From a virus (lineage: Duplodnaviria; Caudoviricetes), in IMG/VR virus record IMGVR_UViG_3300009424_000023, positions 1 to 50,259 of that record: a DNA stretch of 50,259 nucleotides; one strand, 5' to 3'. The notes under the pieces are model-generated. The model made no database searches, was not told the origin of the DNA, and saw only the letters and a list, made by a program, of their open reading frames with translations. Positions 44,548 through 50,259 of the stretch are shown in pieces. The position numbers were made by a program, and so were the translations under genes. Position 1 is the first letter of the stretch. Each line of letters opens with the position of its first letter.

Positions 44548-46367
44548 AGGTCGCCCAAGCGGTAGATCACTGTCTCGCGCGTGCCGAAATCAAGCGGCTC
44601 ATCGGCTACCGGGAACGACTTCGCGAGCGGCTTCTTTTGCTTTTCGTCGTCAGATTCCCCAGCATCGCCATCAGCAGCTTGCTCGGGAGCTTTCCCTTGT
44701 TGATCGTCACTGCCGCCCTGCTTGTCGTCATTCCCACCGGCATCATTGCCTCCTTGCTGCCCAAAATCCTCGCCCTTGTCCTTGCCGCCAAATCCTTCCG
44801 GCACATCCTTGCCCCGCTGCTCTTCACCGCTTGGCTGCGCTTGCCCGCCAAAGTCTTTGGGTTGCTCTTGCTGCATCAATGCTTGCCACGGCCCAACCAG
44901 TGAAGGATTCAACGGTGCATCGCCCAATGGGCCATCCATCTTGTCGTAACCCTCTTCGGCGCGCATTTCGTTCACAGTGAGAATCTTGCCGGCGCGCTCT
45001 TCTTTGACCTTCGCATCCTCTTCATCGAGGCCAGCCCAGCGGAACACGTACTTGTCCGAAAAGTCGCAAGTGATGTAGTCAGTGAAGAGGTTTTCAAAAT
45101 AGGACAGCAGCGGGCGCAAGCCCTTGTCCTTGGAATCTGCCAGCTTTTCAGCGGTATCAGAGCCGTTCAATGGCGAGGAATTGCCGCCCGAGAACGAATC
45201 GAAGTTGATTTCGCTTGGGCTCATGCCATAAATGGCGCAGATCAATGAGGATAAAAACGTCATCCACTTGCTAAAGTGCATTTCGTCGTAATCGACGCCA
45301 AACTTCTCGAACGATGCCTTGCTTTCCTGATCTTTGGACACCAGCACCGGCACAGACCATTGGCTATTCACGCCCTTGACCATCGAATTCCAGTAACGGC
45401 GGAATGCAACCAAGTCTTCTTGCGTGTAGTCACCAGACAGATGCAGCACGCCCTTGGGGATGGCGTTTTTATCGAATCCGGTGATGTTGTGCGTCATGGC
45501 ATTCAGGAAGCCAGTTACAACGCGCACCAGCAACTCGGTTTCACCCAGCCCATACCCGCCGACAATGATGTCAGAGCGCGGATTGCGCGGCTCATAGATC
45601 AGATCGTCGTAGGTGTACGCAGTTTTGACCGTTCCCATCACTACCTGCAGCGCGAAAATGTCATCATCGCCCTTGTACCCACCCTCGGGCGTTAGACGAA
45701 TCGTTGCACCGTCAACCGTAGCCAAGCCATCTATGCCGCGGCTACGATCACGCTTCATTTCTGTCTCAATCGCGCACGAATCCATCACGAGAGAATCACG
45801 CACCGCCTTACCCATCATCCCGGAGAAGCTATCGCGGCGCAGTTTCTTGCGAGCGCGTGGGTTGAATTCCCAGCCGCAATTCGAGAAAAAGCGGTTGAGC
45901 ATCTTGATAGATTCTTGCTCGCTTTGGCTTATTTGGTGGTCTTTGTCGATATGCTTGACGGCGAATCCCAGTCCAGTGCCGCCTTCCTGCACGCGGCAAA
46001 AGCGTTGCGCCTGGCGGATTCTGGTCATTATTACGGCATTCAGCACAGGGGTTTGGTCAACCATCCCACGCAGCGCGTCAAAACTCATTGACGCAGGCTT
46101 TTCCCAATACTCGCCATGCATTCCCAGTTGCCGATCATCTAGCTTGACCGATTGCACACCGGGCTTGCCTTGATTCTTACCGGGGAATGGAACGATGTTT
46201 TGGGAGATCGACTTGTTCATGTCGGCGAATTCCATGATTTGCCCGATGGTTTCCATCGACAAAACACTAGTCGGCATGGCCGCCTGCTGCAATTCTGCGA
46301 GCGCGTCAGTACGCTCGCCTTGCGGTGCATTCGGGTCAAAGGCTACTTTGCGGGCAATATCACTCAT
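44544..46367 (-). CDS. Portal protein
   Basis: VDGATIR, NPRSD...GYGL..E, PKGVL, ICAIYGMSPSEI, SKDKGLRPLL, TVNEMR. Confidence 0.93.
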   Translation of the reverse strand: MSDIARKVAFDPNAPQGERTDALAELQQAAMPTSVLSMETIGQIMEFADMNKSISQNIVPFPGKNQGKPGVQSVKLDDRQLGMHGEYWEKPASMSFDALRGMVDQTPVLNAVIMTRIRQAQRFCRVQEGGTGLGFAVKHIDKDHQISQSEQESIKMLNRFFSNCGWEFNPRARKKLRRDSFSGMMGKAVRDSLVMDSCAIETEMKRDRSRGIDGLATVDGATIRLTPEGGYKGDDDIFALQVVMGTVKTAYTYDDLIYEPRNPRSDIIVGGYGLGETELLVRVVTGFLNAMTHNITGFDKNAIPKGVLHLSGDYTQEDLVAFRRYWNSMVKGVNSQWSVPVLVSKDQESKASFEKFGVDYDEMHFSKWMTFLSSLICAIYGMSPSEINFDSFSGGNSSPLNGSDTAEKLADSKDKGLRPLLSYFENLFTDYITCDFSDKYVFRWAGLDEEDAKVKEERAGKILTVNEMRAEEGYDKMDGPLGDAPLNPSLVGPWQALMQQEQPKDFGGQAQPSGEEQRGKDVPEGFGGKDKGEDFGQQGGNDAGGNDDKQGGSDDQQGKAPEQAADGDAGESDDEKQKKPLAKSFPVADEPLDFGTRETVIYRLGDL

Positions 46368-46373
46368 GCCCGC

Positions 46374-46389
46374 ATTGTCGCGTCACGAC
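46374..46389 (-). promoter_or_regulatory. Putative late promoter, leaderless, for portal
   Basis: GTCGTGAC-gcgAcaaT-gcgggc-ATG(46367). Confidence 0.75.
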
Positions 46390-46436
46390 AATTTAGCAGA
46401 GCTTTACAGGGGAATACAGATCAACAGTTACGAATA

Positions 46437-48056
46437 CTACTTGGCAATAAACATTCCACAACCCACATCATTCTCTCCTACCTGCATCCCGAAATTCTCG
46501 CCACACAATTTGGTTTCACGGTCGAATGCCGAACAGCGCCCACATGTGCCAAGTGCGGATATTTCAGCCGCGACATTCGCCGCCACCTTGTTTGCGTCTG
46601 GAATGAAGATTTCAGAAGGATTGCGCCCGATCAGCAGACCGAACGCCCGAGACAGTCCGTCCACCTGATCGTCATACGTGCCATTGGGGAACACTCTAAG
46701 TTCAGCTATCAGCGCATCGTTCCACGGCGCTTTCAGCATAAGCACATTGCCGACGTTCACCTGACTTGCCAAAGGCTCAGCGCGCGTTTCCTTGCTACCC
46801 GTTTCCGTGGATGAATGGACGCGGTACCCGACAAGCTGCCGTATCAGGTATTTCACCTGAGTTACACCGGCCTGTCCTGGGTCTTGCGGGATGGATTGCT
46901 TGCACTCGTACCCGTCGCGCTTCGCAGCATTGGACAAAGCCTTATCGCGATCATCCGGCCCAACTCGAATCCGCACCATATCGCCGATAAGCAACCGGCC
47001 ATCGCCAAGTTTCCCCAGCTTAGCGCCCGCAGTCCAGTCACCAGATGTTGTGCTGGCAAAGTCCCACCCGCGCACCCATTCAATCGACTCAATCGGCAAC
47101 GCATCAATTATCTGGATGTTGTCAGGCTTGAATAGATCACCCTCAAGCGGAGATGGCCGCTGCTGATACAAGGCATTCCATGTGCGCTGATTCTGTTCGA
47201 ACTGCGCCCAGTGTTTACGGTCAAACCATTCCGGCCACAGGTATTCGCCAATCTTGCGTCCAAGTGGGTCATTTGCGACTTCGCACTTCGCTTGCAGGCA
47301 GATAATTTCCCACTCGTTGCCATCTTTGCAGAGGATATTGCCACTTTCCCCATTCCAGCCATCGGGAAGGATGCGACCGGACAAATCGTCTTCGTGCCAC
47401 CGTGTCTGAATGATAACAATCCATCCGCCAGGTATGAGGCGGGTTTTTAGGTCATCTTCGTATGCATCCCACGTCTTTTGCCGGATAGTTTCGGAATTGG
47501 CCTGCTCGCGCCCCTTGATCGGGTCATCGATGATGATGCCGTGCGCACGATTACCCGTGATGCCAGACAAAATACCGCACGCCATGTACTCGCTGCCATT
47601 GGTCAAGGCAAATTCATGGGCGGCCTGCGACTCATTGGCCAACCCTGCGCCAAAAATCCCCTTGTAGCGCCGCTGCTTGATGATCGAACGGGTACGGCGG
47701 CCCATCTTCCGCGCCAGATCATCGCCATAACTGGCAAGAATCAGTTTGCGGTTTGGCTTCTTGCCAAGAAATCGCGAGGGGAATACCACAGAGGCATAGG
47801 TACTCTTAGCCGAGCCCGGCGGCATAAACACCATCATGCGACCGTGCGGCGTCTCGCTGACCTCTTCCAGCTTGGTCAGTAGCAAGCGATGGTGGTGCGC
47901 CAGCGATGTTTCTACCGGCTTAAAACATTCCTCATCGGGGTCATCACCAACAGGTTTGCCGGGAACATCAATAGCCGTGACATAACTAAGGATGCTCTCT
48001 CTCGCCTTGCGACGGATAACAACCTCCTTAGCCGCGAGCGATTTCGAGTAGTTCAT
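46437..48056 (-). CDS. terL: Terminase large subunit
   Basis: MPPGSAKS Walker A, IIIDDP Walker B, QTRWHEDD, YQQRP, WDFA, DDQVD. Confidence 0.95.
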   Translation of the reverse strand: MNYSKSLAAKEVVIRRKARESILSYVTAIDVPGKPVGDDPDEECFKPVETSLAHHHRLLLTKLEEVSETPHGRMMVFMPPGSAKSTYASVVFPSRFLGKKPNRKLILASYGDDLARKMGRRTRSIIKQRRYKGIFGAGLANESQAAHEFALTNGSEYMACGILSGITGNRAHGIIIDDPIKGREQANSETIRQKTWDAYEDDLKTRLIPGGWIVIIQTRWHEDDLSGRILPDGWNGESGNILCKDGNEWEIICLQAKCEVANDPLGRKIGEYLWPEWFDRKHWAQFEQNQRTWNALYQQRPSPLEGDLFKPDNIQIIDALPIESIEWVRGWDFASTTSGDWTAGAKLGKLGDGRLLIGDMVRIRVGPDDRDKALSNAAKRDGYECKQSIPQDPGQAGVTQVKYLIRQLVGYRVHSSTETGSKETRAEPLASQVNVGNVLMLKAPWNDALIAELRVFPNGTYDDQVDGLSRAFGLLIGRNPSEIFIPDANKVAANVAAEISALGTCGRCSAFDRETKLCGENFGMQVGENDVGCGMFIAK

Positions 48057-48570
48057 CGTCGGTCAGGTCTTGGATATGTCTTGGGTCGCTATTGCCGGGA
48101 TTGTTCAGTGCGCCAGCCCCATTAGGCTTGGTAGTCAGAGTGAGGATGTCCATACCCATCTTGCCGGACTGGTTGACCGCCATAGATGCGGCAATCGCCC
48201 CTTTGACATCATCATCGGTAAGAGTTTGCAGCTTGGAAAGCTTCTCGTGCGTTCTCTCACTGATAAGCTTTGCCGTATTCGCCCCAGCCACAGCGGCGTC
48301 ACTCAGGGATTCGGAAATCATCAATAACCGTTGTGCGAGGTTAAGCGCGGATATTTGCGCGGAAACGGGCAAACTCTTTTTTGCCTTTTCCACTTCAACT
48401 ATTTGATTTGCAACTTTTTTGATCTGCGCGGATTGCGCGGATATTTTTTCGCGCACCGTGCTTTCACCCACACCAAATTCGCGCGCCAAAGAGCGCAGGC
48501 TTTCACCGTCAAGATGACGACGCCCGACCTCTTCCCATTGCTTTTCCGTCAGTTTTGATTTTCTACCCAT
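48028..48570 (-). CDS. terS: Terminase small subunit
   Basis: N-terminal HTH (SLRSLAREFGVGESTVR); C-terminal LTDDEL; overlaps terL. Confidence 0.8.
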   Translation of the reverse strand: MGRKSKLTEKQWEEVGRRHLDGESLRSLAREFGVGESTVREKISAQSAQIKKVANQIVEVEKAKKSLPVSAQISALNLAQRLLMISESLSDAAVAGANTAKLISERTHEKLSKLQTLTDDDVKGAIAASMAVNQSGKMGMDILTLTTKPNGAGALNNPGNSDPRHIQDLTDDELLEIARG

Positions 48571-48575
48571 GACCT

Positions 48576-48591
48576 ACCATAGCCTCACGAC
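48576..48591 (-). promoter_or_regulatory. Putative late promoter for terminase
   Basis: GTCGTGAG-gctAtggT-aggtc-ATG(48570), 13-nt spacing. Confidence 0.6.
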
Positions 48592-48935
48592 TACGCTTCC
48601 TCCGACTCACCAAACAGATCATCACAATCTGAACGGCTCTTTTCCGCCTTGCGCGGGTTGTCCCTGCGTTCTTTGACCGCATCTTCATCCAGCATCACCA
48701 CTATGGCGTGCGGGCTCATTGGGGAGCGCTCAGGGTTCTTGGCGCACTTTAGATACGACCTTGAGCCATTCGGGAAGCGATGCCCACAAAAGCACAGCTT
48801 GGATGCCCGCCACCCCACGGCGTCCACTTCGCAGTTAGGGCAGCGAATTCGCTTCTCCCCTTGCTTTGTGGTGTATTTTTCCAGCCGCCCGCTTCCGCAG
48901 GTTCTGCAAAGGTGATCTATTTTCTCGACATCCAT
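48591..48935 (-). CDS. Zn-finger hypothetical protein
   Basis: Start MDVEK with SD AAGGAAGG; CRTC, CPNC, CFC. Confidence 0.6.
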   Translation of the reverse strand: MDVEKIDHLCRTCGSGRLEKYTTKQGEKRIRCPNCEVDAVGWRASKLCFCGHRFPNGSRSYLKCAKNPERSPMSPHAIVVMLDEDAVKERRDNPRKAEKSRSDCDDLFGESEEA

Positions 48936-48948
48936 GCGCTTACCTTCC

Positions 48949-49458
48949 TTACAGCAAGCGCATCTGCGCAAAAATATAATCGGGCACGCCTGGCGGCATG
49001 AATGAAATCGCAGCCTTGTGGCTTTTCCGTATCGGAGCCATCGCGGCCTCGGCGGTATCGGCAACAACGCCAATCTGGATTCTTCCGGCCTTGGCAACAA
49101 ATACACCAACGGCATGGAGCGCCCGCGCATGGATGGGAGGCTTACCCTTGGCATTGCGCCCGAGCATGTATTCCCTCTCCCGGTTGTAGCAGGACACACA
49201 GATACGGGCATGAATCAGGCGCTTGTCAGTTCCGCCACACCGGCAGCACAGCTTTTGCGGCAGGCTATAGATGATTTGCTCACCCGCATGGGCCGCGCCA
49301 AGCTCACAGCCAGTACATACCGAACCAGAGCAGTTGCTCTTATGCCGCTTGTACTGAGCTGCGCAACTCGTCACCGATAGCGTGCCGCGCTGCTTTTCAC
49401 AATTGAAGTACATGCCGGGCGCGTATTCAACGTTGAAATAAGACACTGCAATGACCAT
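48949..49458 (-). CDS. Cys-rich hypothetical protein
   Basis: SD GGGGAG; several CxxC pairs. Confidence 0.65.
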   Translation of the reverse strand: MVIAVSYFNVEYAPGMYFNCEKQRGTLSVTSCAAQYKRHKSNCSGSVCTGCELGAAHAGEQIIYSLPQKLCCRCGGTDKRLIHARICVSCYNREREYMLGRNAKGKPPIHARALHAVGVFVAKAGRIQIGVVADTAEAAMAPIRKSHKAAISFMPPGVPDYIFAQMRLL

Positions 49459-49478
49459 GACTCCCCCTTTTTAACCCG

Positions 49479-49676
49479 TTAAACGCCAAACCTCCGAACC
49501 CAGATGTCGCGACATGATGCACAGCACCACCGCCCGCCACTTGTATCCTCCCCACACTCACGGCACTCATACTCAAGCGGAATTTCTGTTGTTGCCGCTG
49601 CGTGCGCTTTGGCTATTTGCCGATCCCTCTCGTCTTGCTCGTACTTTTCTGCCGATTCAGCTTCGTCTGCCATCAC
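49479..49676 (-). CDS. TraR/DksA-type C4 zinc-finger protein
   Basis: MADEAE.A N-terminus; CREC...WCCASC. Confidence 0.6.
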   Translation of the reverse strand: MMADEAESAEKYEQDERDRQIAKAHAAATTEIPLEYECRECGEDTSGGRWCCASCRDIWVRRFGV

Positions 49677-49719
49677 AACCCCTTTTAAGTTTTCCGAATC
49701 TCAATGCCATGCAATAGCT

Positions 49720-50073
49720 TTACTCAAAAATCTCCCTATCCCAGCCACCGCCATTCTTTTTTGCCCTTGGCGTAACAGCCATAAAGCGGAATGGGTACAT
49801 TTCAGCCGCCACTTTGATCTTGACTCGCGCATCGTCTTGCCAAAACCCTTTGACCTCATGCATTTCGAGCACACCAGTGCTAAACATCACAGCGAAGTCT
49901 GGCGAGTAAAAGCATCCGTCTGCAAGGCGCAGCTTCACACCCTCAAATCGATACCAGACAATCTCGCCGGCTGCTTTAAGCATTTCCAAGTGCAGCCTGT
50001 AAGCTGCCTCGGTCTTGTTCATTTCTCCCACCTTCAACCTACCGAGAGCCTGCATTTTTGTTAAAGCGCTCAT
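49720..50073 (-). CDS. DUF1064-like PD-(D/E)xK nuclease
   Basis: MNKTEAAY, YSPDF, HEVKG, ARVKIKVAA. Confidence 0.8.
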   Translation of the reverse strand: MSALTKMQALGRLKVGEMNKTEAAYRLHLEMLKAAGEIVWYRFEGVKLRLADGCFYSPDFAVMFSTGVLEMHEVKGFWQDDARVKIKVAAEMYPFRFMAVTPRAKKNGGGWDREIFE

Positions 50074-50259
50074 TTCCCATGCCCTAGTGTTTGTTTTTTA
50101 GCCTCGGCCAACTTCTCGGCCCAAGCCTGCTCAACCAATGTTTTCACCCGATCTACCCGCTCCCTGCCGTATTTCTTCATCCACCATTCCAAATATCCAG
50201 CGCGCATCGTCTTGGTTGGCACATGTAAAACGAAGCGAGCAAGGCAACAATCTCGTCCA
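50070..50259 (-). CDS. Hypothetical protein, C-terminal part
   Basis: Open frame ...CCLARFVLHVP...GHGK*, ATGA-coupled to the next gene. Confidence 0.55.
   Translation of the reverse strand, partial: GRDCCLARFVLHVPTKTMRAGYLEWWMKKYGRERVDRVKTLVEQAWAEKLAEAKKQTLGHGK

Larger units (their letters stand above)
1..50259 (-). mobile_element. Myovirus-type phage/prophage late region (head, cargo, tail, lysis)
   Basis: Contiguous terminase-portal-protease-capsid-sheath-tube-tape measure-baseplate-fibre genes; element ends are not in the window. Confidence 0.97.

Noticed and set aside
9280-45795. Intragenic TCACGA/TCGTGA hexamers (e.g. near 9286, 12271, 22811, 39077, 43043, 45785)
   Set aside because: Partial matches inside coding regions, not at gene starts; expected by chance
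190-50064. Many + strand and nested ORFs in the track (e.g. 15185-16015, 23154-24011, 42217-43014)
   Set aside because: Antisense shadows of well-supported - strand genes, with no motifs or start signals
1-50259. CRISPR array, tRNA, integrase/att site, diversity-generating retroelement, invertase
   Set aside because: No spaced direct repeats, cloverleaf, recombinase or reverse transcriptase motifs seen by eye

Overview
The whole window is the late (morphogenesis) half of a contractile-tailed phage or prophage of a Gram-negative host (Rz/Rz1 spanins present), read almost entirely on the - strand. From right to left: small Zn-finger/nuclease genes; terminase small and large subunits; portal; MuF-like minor head protein; a free-standing homing-endonuclease-like gene; a ~15.5 kb block of probable head-packaged cargo (1935-aa nuclease/pyrophosphatase/SNF2 polyvalent protein, zeta-type kinase, small ORF, Mesh1/SpoT-type HD hydrolase, 2106-aa DarB-like methyltransferase-helicase, Ulx-like protein); prohead protease; scaffold; major capsid; neck genes; sheath; tube; an expanded lysis cassette; tail chaperone; tape measure; baseplate; start of a tail fibre. 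No integrase, att site, tRNA, rRNA or CRISPR array was seen, so prophage versus free phage cannot be decided. Main observations outside the gene list: (1) 13 copies of a promoter-like GTCGTGAC-N3-A-N3-T element, seven exactly 14 nt before an ATG, implying leaderless late mRNAs; (2) a recurring hydrophobic-x-K|S/A motif at domain borders, suggesting the cargo is made as protease-processed polyproteins; (3) an antisense transcription unit (sigma70-like promoter, ~155-nt structured RNA, terminator) inside the polyvalent ORF directly after an RNase-like domain; (4) sigma70-like promoters inside the 3' ends of two cargo genes, pointing at small downstream partner genes; (5) a probable +1 frameshift in the tail chaperone. 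All family assignments come from motif recognition by eye, without database searches.
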